A DNA stretch of 64,000 bases from positions 4,278,001-4,342,000 of the forward strand of contig OZ024764.1 in NCBI GenBank assembly GCA_964016885.1, in the 5' to 3' direction. A program made the translations under genes and the position numbers. How positions within the stretch are numbered: the stretch's first letter is position 1; every line of letters begins with the position of its first letter. The notes beneath the pieces are model-generated. The model did no database searches. It was not told the DNA's origin and saw only the letters and a program-made list of their open reading frames with translations. This document shows, piece after piece, positions 1-14,706 of this stretch. The stretch is from Eledone cirrhosa. Lineage: Eukaryota.

Positions 1-2452
1 AGATAGAAAAGTACCAGTAATACACTGGGGTAATGGCTTATATAGAGAGAAGGCCCAACCACTCAGGCCATCTTTGCCACATTCACCCACCTTTTATAAC
101 ATTTGCTGGGCTACAGATAAACAGATAGATAGAAAAGTACCAGTAATACACTGGGGTAATGGCTTATATAGAGAGAAGGCCCAACCACTCAGGCCATCTT
201 TGCCACATTCACCCACCTTTTATAACATTTGCTGGGCTACAGATAAACAGATAGATAGAAAAGTACCAGTAATACACTGGGGTAATTGGCTTATATAGAG
301 AGAAGGCCCAACCACTCAGGCCATCTTTGCCACATTCACCCACCTTTTATAACATTTGCTGGGCTACAGATAAACAGATAGATAGAAAAGTACCAGTAAT
401 ACACTGGGGTAATGGCTTATATAGAGAGAAGGCCCAACCACTCAGGCCATCTTTGCCACATTCACCCACCTTTTATAACATTTGCTGGGCTACAGATAAA
501 CAGATAGATAGAAAAGTACCAGTAATACACTGGGGTAATGGCTTATATAGAGAGAAGGCCCAACCACTCAGGCCATCTTTGCCACATTCACCCACCTTTT
601 ATAACATTTGCTGGGCTACAGATAAACAGATAGATAGAAAAGTACCAGTAATACACTGGGGTAATGGCTTATATAGAGAGAAGGCCCAACCACTCAGGCC
701 ATCTTTGCCACATTCACCCACCTTTTATAACATTTGCTGGGCTACAGATAAACAGATAGATAGAAAAGTACCAGTAATACACTGGGGTAATGGCTTATAT
801 AGAGAGAAGGCCCAACCACTCAGGCCATCTTTGCCACATTCACCCACCTTTTATAACATTTGCTGGGCTACAGATAAATAGATAGATAGAAAAGTACCAG
901 TAATACACTGGGGTAATGGCTTATATAGAGAGAAGGCCCAACCACTTAGGCCATCTTTGCCACATTCACCCACCTTTTATAACATTTGCTGGGCTACAAA
1001 CAAACAGATAGATAGAAAAGTACCAGTAATACACTGGGGTAATGGCTTATATAGAGAGAAGGCCCAACCACTCAGGCCATCTTTGCCACATTCACCCACC
1101 TTTTATAACATTTGCTGGGCTACAGATAAACAGATAGATAGAAAAGTACCAGTAATACACTGGGGTAATGGCTTATATAGAGAGAAGGCCCAACCACTCA
1201 GGCCATCTTTGCCACATTCACCCACCTTTTATAACATTTGCTGGGCTACAGATAAATAGATAGATAGAAAAGTACCAGTAATACACTGGGGTAATGGCTG
1301 GCCTTGTGCCAAAAAGTAGAAACAGTTATTTCTGTCAACCCTCATCTCCAGGAGCGCCAAGAGTGAGAACTCCCTTCCTCTCTTCCTCTTTTTCCTCAAC
1401 CTACAGGCTTATATAGAGAGAAGGCCCAACCACTCAGGCCATCTTTGCCACATTCACCCACCTTTTATAACATTTGCTGGGCTACAGATAAACAGATAGA
1501 TAGAAAAGTACCAGTAATACACTGGGGTAATGGCTTATATAGAGAGAAGGCCCAACCACTCAGGCCATCTTTGCCACATTCACCCTCCTTTTATAACATT
1601 TGCTGGGCTACAGATAAACAGATAGATAGAAAAGTACCAGTAATACACTGGGGTAATGGCTTATATAGAGAGAAGGCCCAACCACTCAGGCCATCTTTGC
1701 CACATTCACCCACCTTTTATAACATTTGCTGGGCTACAGATAAACAGATAGATAGAAAAGTACCAGTAATACACTGAGGTAATGGCTTATATAGAGAGAA
1801 GGCCCAACCACTCAGGCCATCTTTGCCACATTCACCCACCTTTTATAACATTTGCTGGGCTACAGATAAACAGATAGATAGAAAAGTACCAGTAATACAC
1901 TGGGGTAATGGCTTATATAGAGAGAAGGCCCAACCACTCAGGCCATCTTTGCCACATTCACCCACCTTTTATAACATTTGCTGGGCTACAGATAAACAGA
2001 TAGATAGAAAAGTACCAGTAATACACTGGGGTAGTGGCTTATATAGAGAGAAGGCCCAACCACTCAGGCCATCTTTGCCACATTCACCCACCTTTTATAA
2101 CATTTGCTGGGCTACAGATAAACAGATAGATAGAAAAGTACCAGTAATACACTGGGGTAATGGCTTATATAGAGAGAAGGCCCAACCACTCAGGCCATCT
2201 TTGCCACATTCACCCACCTTTTATAACATTTGCTGGGCTACAGATAAACAGAAAGATAGAAAAGTACCAGTAATACACTGGGGTAATGGCTTATATAGAG
2301 AGAAGGCCCAACCACTCAGGCCATCTTTGCCACATTCACCCACCTTTTATAACATTTGCTGGGCTACAGATAAACAGATAGATAGAAAAGTACCAGTAAT
2401 ACACTGGGGTAATGGCTGGCCTTGTGCCAAAAGTAGAAACAGTTATTTCTGT
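1..2452. repeat. 126-bp tandem satellite (~18 units in two blocks, 1-1335 and 1336-2452); chimera of antisense Tx1 ORF2 3' end, GATA microsatellite and Meta-SINE 3' tail
   Basis: Unit GGCTTATATAGAGAGAAGGCCC...TACACTGGGGTAAT recurs every 126 bp. First ~75 bp align to 30045-30125 (Tx1 ORF2 C-terminus). The last part matches the SINE tail at ~44435-44490. Confidence 0.95.
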
Positions 2453-2604
2453 GTCATTAACTCCTGCAGTCGTTACAGATGTGAGAGAAGATTCTATTAA
2501 TCTTTAATGTCAGCCAATATGGCTGCTAACTACATCTAAACCTAATATATCTGTGTATACAGTTACTGAGATTCAAAGATGCTTATCTAGACATCTACAT
2601 GTTG

Positions 2605-2630
2605 GTGTGTGTATATATATATATATATAA

Positions 2631-2666
<36 letters not shown>

Positions 2667-2694
2667 GTGTGTGCGTATATATATATATATATAA

Positions 2695-2734
<40 letters not shown>

Positions 2735-2735
2735 A

Positions 2736-2779
<44 letters not shown>

Positions 2780-2803
2780 GTGTGTGTATATATATATATA
2801 TAA

Positions 2804-2835
<32 letters not shown>

Positions 2836-2918
2836 ATGTGTGTGTATATATATATATATATATAATGTGTGTGTGTATATATATATATTGTGTGTGTGTG
2901 TATATATATATATATACA

Positions 2919-3015
<97 letters not shown>

Positions 3016-3045
3016 GTGTGTGTGTATTTATATATATATATATAA

Positions 3046-3077
<32 letters not shown>

Positions 3078-3133
3078 ATGTGTGTGTGTATATATATATA
3101 TATATGTGTGTGTGTGTATATATATATATATAA

Positions 3134-3185
<52 letters not shown>

Positions 3186-3192
3186 GTGTCTG

Positions 3193-3225
<33 letters not shown>

Positions 3226-3392
3226 ATATATATATATATATAATGTGTGTGTATATATATATATATATGTATAATGTGTGTGTGTATATATATATATATA
3301 TATAATGTGTGTATATATATATATATATATACTGTGTGTGTGTGTATATATATATATATAATGTGTGTGTATATATATATATATATATATAA

Positions 3393-3461
<69 letters not shown>

Positions 3462-3580
3462 GTGTTCGTATATGTGTGTATATATATGTATGCATATACA
3501 TATATATGTGTGTGGGTGTATGGATATATATATGTATATATGTATGCATATATATATATATATATATATGTATATGTATG

Positions 3581-3611
<31 letters not shown>

Positions 3612-3771
3612 CCGTATGTATGTATATATATATATGTATATGTATCATCATCATCATCATCATCGTTTAACGTCCATCTTCCACGCTTGCATGGGTTTGG
3701 ACGTATATATATGTATATATGTATATATATATGTATATATATGTGTATGTATATATATATATATATGTATG

Positions 3772-3802
<31 letters not shown>

Positions 3803-3865
3803 CTATACATATGTATGTATATATATATATGTATAAATATATATATGTTTATATATATATATATA

Positions 3866-3920
<55 letters not shown>

Positions 3921-3927
3921 GTATATA

Positions 3928-3970
<43 letters not shown>

Positions 3971-4005
3971 GTATATATATATGTAACTATATGAATATAT
4001 ATATG

Positions 4006-4037
<32 letters not shown>

Positions 4038-4157
4038 TATATATATATGTATATATATATGTAACTATATGAATATATATATATATATATGTATATATAT
4101 GTATGTATATATATGTATATATGTATATATATATGTATGTATATATATGTATATATG

Positions 4158-4188
<31 letters not shown>

Positions 4189-4213
4189 GTATATATATGT
4201 ATGTACATATATG

Positions 4214-4246
<33 letters not shown>

Positions 4247-4332
4247 GTGTATATAAATATATATATGTATATATGTATGTACATATATGTATATATGTGT
4301 GTATATATGTATATATATGTATATATATATAT
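2605..4332. repeat. Compound (TA)n/(TG)n microsatellite tract with an embedded RTE 3' stub at ~3645-3703
   Basis: Direct reading; source of the YIYI ORFs. Confidence 0.95.
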
Positions 4333-4940
4333 GGTGGCTGCCAACTCGTTTTCGAGTACGGCCACTACTTTATATCCATGTAGGAGAACCCCTACTGATG
4401 CGCTGAACGAGTGTGACTTTTTAGTCCAGCCAGCGACTTGAAAGCTCTGGTACAGACACTACACTTGTGACAATTATTGACACATAGTGCTGGGCCCATG
4501 GTACCATGTGACGACAAATGCAGAGAGATCTCCAGATACAAAGCAATGCCTGTGCCGTGAAGCTTTTATAGTGAGCAAAGGCACTGCACAAAGCCAGTCC
4601 CACTCTCTTAACCAAGATGATATTTACCAAAAAGAAGAACAAGTCAACATCATTGGATACCATCAGGGTTGCAGGTGTTATATCAGAGTTTTCCTTCTCC
4701 TAGAATTCTGCCTTGACAAAGGCTAAGGGGTCATCTCTCCCGGTGATTTTGGATGGCCATTGACTCTTAAGAGCTCCTTTGCCTTTTGACAGGTTTTGTT
4801 TTTAGTCCTGCAGGATGTCCAAAGTCACCCTCCTCACCAAGAAACCTTGGTGGGGTTGCCAGTTTAGTCGCCAACGACCCGACCATGGGACAGGTTGTAC
4901 TGGAATACATGTTACCAGTAGCACCAACTGGTGACCTGAC
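4333..4940 (+). mobile_element. Probable 5' region fragment of an RTE-type non-LTR element
   Basis: GC-richer island between TA tracts containing GAGTTTTCCTTCTCCTAG...GCCTTGACAAAGGCTAAG, which resembles RTE 5' UTRs as I recall them; no ORF support. Confidence 0.3.
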
Positions 4941-6005
<1,065 letters not shown>

Positions 6006-6315
6006 TAGTCCACACTAATGTTAGTCAAGTGTACGAAAAACTGGAGCCAAATCAGGAAAACCAAATTTCCTCGAGTTTTCGCAATCGCTTTTTTTGTTAG
6101 ATTAAAGTTAAAGATCTATGACACCTTTACAAAGACATTTCTAAATTGTATTCAGAGCTGCCTCTTGTAGAAATTGATATATTTTTGTCTTTCATTGTTG
6201 CATCTGAATAGGTTGTCTAGATTTGTGTCGTCTCTGGCACTGCTAAAGACAATGGTTTCCTAATATGTATGTGTGTGTGTGTGTGTGTGTGTGTCTATTG
6301 TGTGTGTCTATTGTG

Positions 6316-6426
<111 letters not shown>

Positions 6427-6435
6427 ATACATGTA

Positions 6436-6495
<60 letters not shown>

Positions 6496-6836
6496 CATAT
6501 ATATATATATATATGTGTGTGTGTATATACATGTATATTTATATATATGTATATATATATATATATACATATATATAAAGGTATATATATATCATGATGA
6601 TGATGATGATGATGTATATATACATATACATATACATATACATATATATGTATATATACATATACATATATATGTATATACACATATACATATATATATA
6701 TATATATATATAGGAGGTGAGTTTTATTGTAGTACAATAAAGCAATGCAGATATCGGATAAGAAGCACTCTACAGTTTGTAGGACTGGAGTATACATAAT
6801 ATATAAGAACAAAAGATGGTTAAAAGAGTACCATGT

Positions 6837-6903
6837 TTTTATTATGCGTATTTCAAAAACAAATATCATCATGCAATAATATGTGTGTTTTCATCAGATA
6901 AAA
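6837..6903 (-). ncRNA. Minimal type-I hammerhead ribozyme motif (inverted copy)
   Basis: Minus strand: TTTTAT-CTGATGA-stem II-GAAA-T(ACGC)A-TA-ATAAAA. Confidence 0.7.
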
Positions 6904-7015
6904 TAGGAGGACATGATATGAAGGTTAAAAAACACTTGTGAATAGTGCAGTTTTATGTTGATTTAAAACTGCACTATTCACAAGTGTTTTTTAACCTTCA
7001 TATCATGTCTTCCTG

Positions 7016-7082
7016 TTTTATCTGATGAAAACACAAATATTATTGCATGATGATATTTGTTTTTGAAATGCGCATAATAAAA
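7016..7082 (+). ncRNA. Minimal type-I hammerhead ribozyme (PLE type)
   Basis: Stem I TTTTAT/ATAAAA; CTGATGA at 7022; stem II AAACACAAATAT/ATATTTGTTTTT; GAAA at 7065; short stem III T-(GCGC)-A with palindromic tetraloop; AUA cleavage triplet. Confidence 0.85.
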
Positions 7083-7210
7083 TACATGGAACTCTTTTAA
7101 CCATCTTTTGTTCTTATATATTATATATATATATATATATATACATATATATGTATATATACATATACATATATATATATGTATATATATGTATATATAC
7201 ATATACATAC

Positions 7211-7283
<73 letters not shown>

Positions 7284-7370
7284 TATATGTATATATATAC
7301 ATATATATATGTATATATATACATATATATATGTATAGATATACATACATATATATGTATAGATATACAT

Positions 7371-7410
<40 letters not shown>

Positions 7411-7484
7411 ACATATATATATGTATATATATACATATATATATGTATAGATATACATACATATATATATGTATAGATATACAT

Positions 7485-7536
<52 letters not shown>

Positions 7537-7539
7537 CTA

Positions 7540-7830
7540 TGCCAACAGATGAAATCTGTGGTTGGAGTATATCGCTAGGGAGACAGAGAGTGTCTTGGTG
7601 GTGAAATAGTAAAGTAGAAGAGACAATTAAGGCCAAAGAACAGGCTTGGATAGATTGGTGTTACGGGTGTTGCAGCGAGTTTTACCAGAAGGCCAGGAGA
7701 GAAGCTAGGCGACAAGTTTACCTTGCTAGAAGGGAAGTAGAGAAGAAAAAAAATTTAAGTACATTTTTCAGCATGAGGATGAAAGACCTGAGGTATTCAG
7801 GATCGCTAGACAGTGTGTCAGGGAAAATAC
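7540..7830 (+). mobile_element. Degenerate RTE LINE ORF fragment (region between endonuclease and RT)
   Basis: Translates to TDEICGWS...SWW*NSKVEETIKAKEQAW, resembling the RTE 'ETWWWN' segment; contains stops. Confidence 0.6.
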
Positions 7831-7832
7831 TT

Positions 7833-8612
7833 ATTGCGCTGATCCCTCTTATTTCTAATTTCTCCCTTAGTTCGTTTATGCTTTGCCGTTCACGTATATT
7901 ACTATTACACATCCAGTGGAGCATGCAAGCTTCGTTCCTCTCCAGTCTGCGTATATCCCCTGCACACAATGCCCAGGTCTCACTGCCATGTAACATTGCT
8001 GTTCGTATGCAGGCATCATACAGCCTGCCTTTCATTTTTAGAGAGAACCCTTTAGCGGCTAATAGTAGTATAAGCTCTCTGAACTTTTTCCATCCAGTTC
8101 TGACTCTAGCTACTGTACTTTCAGAACACCCTCCACCACTGCTGATTTTGTCACCCAGGTAACGGAAGGTTTCCACTATTTCTATAGAACCATCTGTGCA
8201 ATGGAATGAGTTAGTATTCTGTGGGCACTTGTTGCTACTTATTGCACCAGAGCACCGGCCACATATAAAATCTATATTCTTAGTTAGCTTACCTGTGAGC
8301 CCACTACATCTTTTATGCACCCATACTTTGCATTTGGGACATAAAATGGAGTTTCTGTCTATTCCTTTCCTACACACTAAGCAGGGCCATTTCCCGATTG
8401 GGACCGGTGCCCTATTTTTCTTCCTACAAACTAGAACTTTAGTCTTAGCCAGGTTAATTTTAATGCCTTTTGATTCTAGGCCATGCTTCCATGTTTGGAA
8501 TTTCTTCTCTAGTTCAGCCATTGATTCAGCTATGAGCGTTAGATCATCTGCATATAGGAGTTCCCATGGGCAGCCGGTCTTGAACTCCTCTGTTATAGCC
8601 AGAAGGGCAATA
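7833..8612 (-). mobile_element. RTE LINE fragment (RT C-terminal half, PHD-like Cys motif, C-terminal domain)
   Basis: [13 protein letters not shown]...INLAKTK...[12 protein letters not shown]...FRYLG...LHGSETW. Confidence 0.9.
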
Positions 8613-8657
8613 ATAAATAATATACATACACATACATACATACACATCCATACACAC

Positions 8658-8688
<31 letters not shown>

Positions 8689-8876
8689 CAAACATATATA
8701 TATATATATTTATATATATACATATATATATGTATATATATATATACATATATACATATACATTTATATATATATATATATATATACATCATCATCATCA
8801 TCATCATCATTTTACGGCTGCTTTTCCCTGCTTGCAAGGGTGGGACATATATATATATATATACATATATATATAC

Positions 8877-8923
<47 letters not shown>

Positions 8924-9000
8924 CATATATATATACATATATATATACATATATATATATACATATATATATACATATATATATATACATATATATATAC

Positions 9001-9050
<50 letters not shown>

Positions 9051-9052
<2 letters not shown>

Positions 9053-10007
9053 TCATCATCATCATCACCGTTTTACGTCCGTTCTTCCACGCTAGCATGG
9101 GTTAGACGGGTTGTCCTGTTGTGGGCAGTGTCTGGTCGGCTGACCATGCCTTGCTCATACAGGAACTGATCTGGCTTGATTTCTACAGCTGGATGCCCTT
9201 CCTAACACCAACCTCATTTACAGTGAGTGCTGGGTGCTTTTCCGTGGCGCCTACACGTCCACTTTACAGTGTGGGCTGGGTGCTTTTTTGCCGTGGCACC
9301 TCCACGACCACCTTGCGGTGGGGGGGGGGCATATTGTTTATATGCTTCAGCATGTACCCATGGGAGGTCGGGTACCCTGTATTACTGCGTGACGCCAGAA
9401 GTCACGGTCGTGTGTCATTGACTTTGAGAGGTGTAGTTGGGTAAGGTCGGCTTTTATCACCTCATCCCAAGTCATCTTGGGTCTCCCCACTCCGCGGTTT
9501 CCATCAACTTCTAGTGCTCTGCACCTTTTTATGCAACTGTCATCCTTCATACGCATCACATGTCCATACCAGCGTAACCGCCTCTCCTGCACGCAGCATT
9601 TGATTCCTCTTATGCTCAGTCTCTCTCTCAATTCCTTTATGCTTTGTCGTTCACGTATATTACTGTTACACATCCATCGGAGCATGCAGGCTTCGTTTCT
9701 CTCTAATCTACGTAAGTCTTCCACCTTCAGCGCCCAGGTCTCACTACCATGCAACATCGCTGTTCGGATACACGCATCATACAGTCTGCCTTTCATTCTG
9801 AGGGAGAAGCCTTTTGCAGCTAGCAGTGGTAGTAGTTCCCTAAACTTCTTCCATCCCGTTCTTACCCTAGTTATTGTACTTTCTGAGCACCCACCTCCGT
9901 TGCTAATTCGGTCACCTAGGTAGCAGAAGCTGTCTACTGTTTCTACAGGGCCCTCCCAGAGATTGGTGGTACTTGTTTCCTGTGGCTGTTTGCTTGCTGT
10001 TTCAGCA
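9051..10007 (-). mobile_element. 5'-truncated RTE LINE with 3' UTR and (GAT)n tail
   Basis: FCYLGD...LHGSETW...[13 protein letters not shown]...GRPKMTW, then a 3' UTR ending GGACGTAAAACGGTGATGATG. Confidence 0.92.
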
Positions 10008-10068
10008 TATATATATACATATATATATATATACATGTATATATACATATATATACATATATATATAC

Positions 10069-10117
<49 letters not shown>

Positions 10118-10118
10118 C

Positions 10119-10165
<47 letters not shown>

Positions 10166-10166
10166 C

Positions 10167-10210
<44 letters not shown>

Positions 10211-10287
10211 ATATATATATATATACATGTATATATACATATATATACATATATATGTACATATGTATATATATATATATGTACATA

Positions 10288-10319
<32 letters not shown>

Positions 10320-10376
10320 CATGTATATATATATGTATATTATATATATATATACATATATATATACATGTATATA

Positions 10377-10408
<32 letters not shown>

Positions 10409-10412
10409 CATG

Positions 10413-10454
<42 letters not shown>

Positions 10455-10489
10455 CATGTATATATATATATATATACATATATATGTAC

Positions 10490-10521
<32 letters not shown>

Positions 10522-10896
10522 GTTTTATACATTGCATGTTGTGTGTAAATACCTCCATTGTTCAATCAGATATATTCAACCATTTTGAAAAAAACTGATA
10601 AACTCTGACATTAACGAAATACAACTGACTGTGGCAGCCATCTTTAATTGTCTTCTTGTCACTGATAATGAATTAACGACTTTAATCCCAATCAGCTTGC
10701 TCATGTAGTTTACTAGCTCTTGTTAATTAGTGATTTTAATTCCATTTTGCGGAGCAGTCTCCATTTTTGTACTACACATGCTGCGAGCTGTGTGACATAC
10801 TGACGGACATTGTAGACAGAGAAATACACACATATCTATATATATATATACAGAAATGTATATATATATATATATATATAAGAATATTTCTATTTC

Positions 10897-11958
10897 TAAG
10901 GCGGGTAAAATTCCCGAGATCCATGGATGAGTTCTCTCCAGCAGTCTCTGTCCCTCATTATCGCTGCCGTGTCCTGTGTCTCCAACAGACCAGTGTCTGT
11001 CCTTAGGGCATCAACATATGTCAACCTTGGTTTTCCTCTTCCAGTGTGTCAATGCAGAGGATCCCACAGGAGCACTGAGTGCAATGTCAACTCTGGTTGT
11101 CGGTGAACATGTCCAGCTAACCTCAGTCTTCCTCTTCCAGTGTGTCAATGCAGGGGATCCCACAGGAGCAGTGAGTGCAGTGTCAACTCTGGATGTCGGT
11201 GAGCATGTCCAGTTAACCTCAGTCTCCTCTGTGTCACTTTTGAGCTGACTTTTGGGAGGCTCCCGCACAGCTCTGAGTTCTTCATCCTCAGTGTATACTG
11301 ATTAATGTTCAGAGCCATGCTCAGCATTCTCGTGTAGCACCCATCCACCATCTGAGTGAGTTTCTTGGTCAGTGTCCAAGTCTGAGACCCATACAGCAGC
11401 ACAGACTCCACTACAGTAATGAAGAGGCAGATTTCCAGGTCTTTACGAAGGGCTGACTTCCACACCGATCTCAAGCTGTGGCACGCCGCTCAGGCTTTGC
11501 TCTTCCTTTCAACCACATCATCTTCCATATTCCCAATCTTTGCTCCCAAATACAGGAAGTCCTTAACCAATTCTAGCGGCTTCCCGCCTACATTAGTGAT
11601 CTTCTCTGGCTTCTTAATATTCTCTACCAGATACTTTGTCTTAATCTCATTCATTCTCAGCCCCACACTTATCGCCACAGTCTCCACCTCCTCCATCAAA
11701 TCCTCTGCCTCCTTCACTGTGTTTGTCACCAAAACTATGTCGTCGGCAAATTCAGCATCTGATATCTTTTTCGCCTTAACTATCCTGCTCTGAGCCGGTG
11801 TTACAGTAAAGCCAGAGTCCTGGTGTTTCTCTAGTGCAAGGCTCATACAATAGTCCACTACGATAATAAAAAGGTAGGGAGCCAATGTATCTCCCTGGAG
11901 CACTCCAGCCAGTATCTCAAAGAACTCTGTCATCCCATCAGGTGTAATGACTTGGGCT
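10897..11958 (-). mobile_element. 5'-truncated RTE-X-like LINE (RT C-half to ORF end) with internal ~112-bp duplication
   Basis: GVLQGDTLAPYLFIIVVDY...EFADD...FLYLG...LLYGSQTW...RRLRLTGH...EFYPP*; premature stop present. Confidence 0.85.
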
Positions 11959-12351
11959 TATATTTATACTTATATATGTTTAAAACAATTATAAATATGG
12001 AGGGTAGTACTAAGTGCTAGCCAGTTACCGGTAAGACAAAAGGCTCAATGCAAATATTCAAGTGTTTTACAGAGCTGAGATACAAAGTGTTAAAACGATC
12101 AAATTTTAGTTTAGAATATTTATTTGCAGACAATTGTTTCTTCCAACTTTTTTGCCTGTATTTTTTTTGCTTGTGCTTTTTGCTTATACTTCTCACACTT
12201 TCAACCAGTTCTGCCTGTGATTGTGTTCTTTCAAGCAGAACATCTTTTTAACTCCTGACTCTCCACATGATGCCTTTGACACTAACAACAATTATGTACC
12301 CTAAATGTTCTGAATGACTTGGATTTTAGTCACATGTTTAGACATTCGCTA

Positions 12352-12398
12352 TGCTCCGAGGATTCCAGACTTCCCTCTGGAAGAAACAATTGTCAGCA
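12352..12398 (+). ncRNA. Minimal hammerhead motif with U4C variant core, within a PLE-like inverted repeat (~12080-12145 vs ~12378-12442)
   Basis: TGCT-CCGAGGA-TTCCAGA(CTTCCC)TCTGGAA-GAAA-C(AATT)G-TC-AGCA. Confidence 0.7.
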
Positions 12399-12518
12399 AA
12401 TAAATGTTCTAAACTAAAATTTGATCGTTTTAACACTTTGTATATATATGTATATATATATATATGTATATATGTATATATATGTATATTCCTTGTATAT
12501 GTATATGTACATATATGT

Positions 12519-13555
12519 ATCTTCCTTGTGAGGCAGTTACAGGAAAAGTACCTAGCTAAAAGTAAGCCGCTTTACCTGGCATTCGTCGATCTCGAGAAAG
12601 CCTTTGACAGAGTTCCCCGTGCTATAATCTGGTGGGCTCTTAGAAAACTAGGAGTAGATGAATGGCTTGTGAAAGCTGTACAAGCCATGTCTAGAGGAGC
12701 AGTCAGCAAAGTTAGGATTAGCAATGACTATAGCGAGGAATTTAGCATATAGGTCGGTGTCCACCGGTCTCTGTTCTTAGCCCCCTCCTGTTCATCATAT
12801 TCCTGCAGGCAATAACGGAGGAGTTTAAGACCGGATGCCCATGGGAACTCCTGTATGCAGATGATCTTACACTTATAGCTGAATCTATGGTAGAACTAGA
12901 GAAGAAATTCCAAACTTAGAAGCAGGGACTAGAAAGAAAGGGTCTCAAAGTCAACCTGACAAAGACTAAGGTCCTTGTAAGTAGACGAGAAAACAGAACC
13001 CAGATCCCCTCAGGGAAATGGCCTTGCTCAGTATGTAGGAAAGGTGTAGGTAGGAACTCCATTCTCTGTCCCATATGCAAACAATGGGTACACAAGAGAT
13101 GTAGCGGGATCTCGAAAGCTTAACTAAGAATGTAGGCTTCACATGTACCCGTTTTTTCTCTGGTACAGCAAGCAGCAAACAGCATCAGGAAACAAGTACC
13201 ACCAAACTCTGGGAGGGCTCTGTAGAAACAGTAGATAGCTTCTGCTACCTAGGTGACTGAGTTAGCAGCGGAGGTGGGTGTTCGGAAAGAACAATAACTA
13301 GGGTAAGAACTGGATGGAAGAAGTTCAGGGAGCTACTGCCACTGTTGGCTGCAAAAGGCTTTCCCCTCAAAATGAAAGGCAGACTGTATGATGTGTGTAT
13401 ATGAACAGCAATGTTACATGGTAGTGAGACCTGGGCGCTATCTGTGGAAGACTTGTGTTGATTAGAAAGAAACGAAGCCTGCGTGATCCAATGGATGTGA
13501 AATAGTAATATACGCGAACGGCAAAGCATAAATGATTTGAGACAGAGATTGAACA
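12519..13555 (+). mobile_element. Degenerate RTE LINE RT fragment
   Basis: IFLVRQLQEKYLAK...FVDLEKAFDRVPR...WELLYADDL; frameshifts and stops. Confidence 0.9.
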
Positions 13556-13605
13556 TAATATATATATATATACACACATAAATATATAGATATACACATA
13601 CATAC

Positions 13606-14280
13606 ATCCACGCTAGCATGGGTTAGAGAGGTTTGTCCCACTTGAGGCAAGGCTGGTCGGGTGACCGTGTCTCGCTCATATAGGACTATCTGGCAGGTTT
13701 TCTACGGCTGGATGCTCTTCCTAACACCAACCACATTTACAGTGTGGAACTGGGAACGTTTTACTGTGTTACCTACACGGCCACATTACAGTGTGGACTG
13801 TGTGTTTTTTTGTTGTGACACCTACACAACCTCTTTAGTGTGGACTGGATGTTGTGGTACCAACTTTACAGAGAAAGGGGTGGTGTTGATGGGAGTGGAA
13901 GGGTAGAGTAGGGGTAGTGGGTTTGGGTATATATTGGGTTAAGAGGGGCTTGTAGGTTAACTTTGCATGTAGGGAAGGCGGGTCTTCTATATTACTGTGT
14001 GGCGCCAAAGGTCTCCATCCAGTGACATTGTCTTAGAGAAGTGCAAGTGTGTAAGGTCAGAATTTATCAGATCATCCCAGCTTTTTCTGGGTCTACCTAC
14101 TCCGTAACTTCCATCAATTTTGATCGCCCTGCACTTTTTTGCGCATCACGTGACCATACCAACGTAGTCTTCTCTCAAGTAAACAGCATCTGATCCCTCT
14201 TATTCAAAATTTCTCACTTATTTTGTTTATGTTTTGCCGTTCACGTTTATTACTATTACACATGCAACGAAGCATGCATG
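13606..14280 (-). mobile_element. RTE LINE 3' end fragment
   Basis: Homologous to the 3' UTR and C-terminal coding part of 9051-9700. Confidence 0.8.
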
Positions 14281-14299
14281 ATTATATATATATATATAT

Positions 14300-14697
14300 G
14301 GAGGCACATGGCTTAGTGGTTAGAGCATTGGCTTTGCAATCGAAAGGTTGTGAGTTCAATTCTCAGACCGGGTGATGTGTTGTTTCCTTGAGCAAGACAC
14401 TTTATTTCACATTGCTCCAGTTTACTCAGCTGTAGAAATGAGATGATAGGGACAAGGGTCCATATCATTCCACTGCAAAGTGGTCGTGGAGGCGCCACGG
14501 CAAAAAAAGCACCCAGCACTCACTGTAAAGTGAACGTGTAGGCGCGATGGAAAAAAAGCACCCAGCACTCACTGTAAATGAGGTTGGTGTTAGGAAGGGC
14601 ATCCAGCTGTAGAAATCAAGCCAGAATCAGTTCCCGTCCCACCCTTGCAAGCAGGGAAAAGCGGACGTAAAATGATGATGATAATGATAATGATGAT
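14300..14697 (+). mobile_element. tRNA-derived CORE-type SINE with RTE-like 3' tail
   Basis: A box TGGCTTAGTGG; B box GAGTTCAATTC; CORE-like CCTTGAGCAAGACACTT; 3' end CCCGTCCCACCCTTGCAAGCAGGGAAAAGCGGACGTAAAATGATGATG shared with the RTE at ~43372-43424. Confidence 0.9.
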
Positions 14698-14706
14698 ATA
14701 ATATAT

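Larger units (their letters stand above)
6797..7122. mobile_element. ~325-bp inverted repeat; Penelope-like element (PLE) inverted pseudo-LTR pair
   Basis: Near-perfect reverse-complementary arms centred at ~6958, each carrying a hammerhead core. Confidence 0.75.

Noticed and set aside
74-2500. 42-aa repeat protein on the plus strand
   Set aside because: Antisense reading of a transposon-derived 126-bp satellite; TTG starts; broken by stops and an indel.
10520-10830. Unique island with TAATT motifs as a possible enhancer or exon
   Set aside because: No ORF or splice support; conservation cannot be assessed from this sequence alone.
14300-14372. tRNA gene (GCA anticodon-like loop)
   Set aside because: It is the head of a multi-copy SINE; no proper acceptor stem; continues into CORE and LINE tail.
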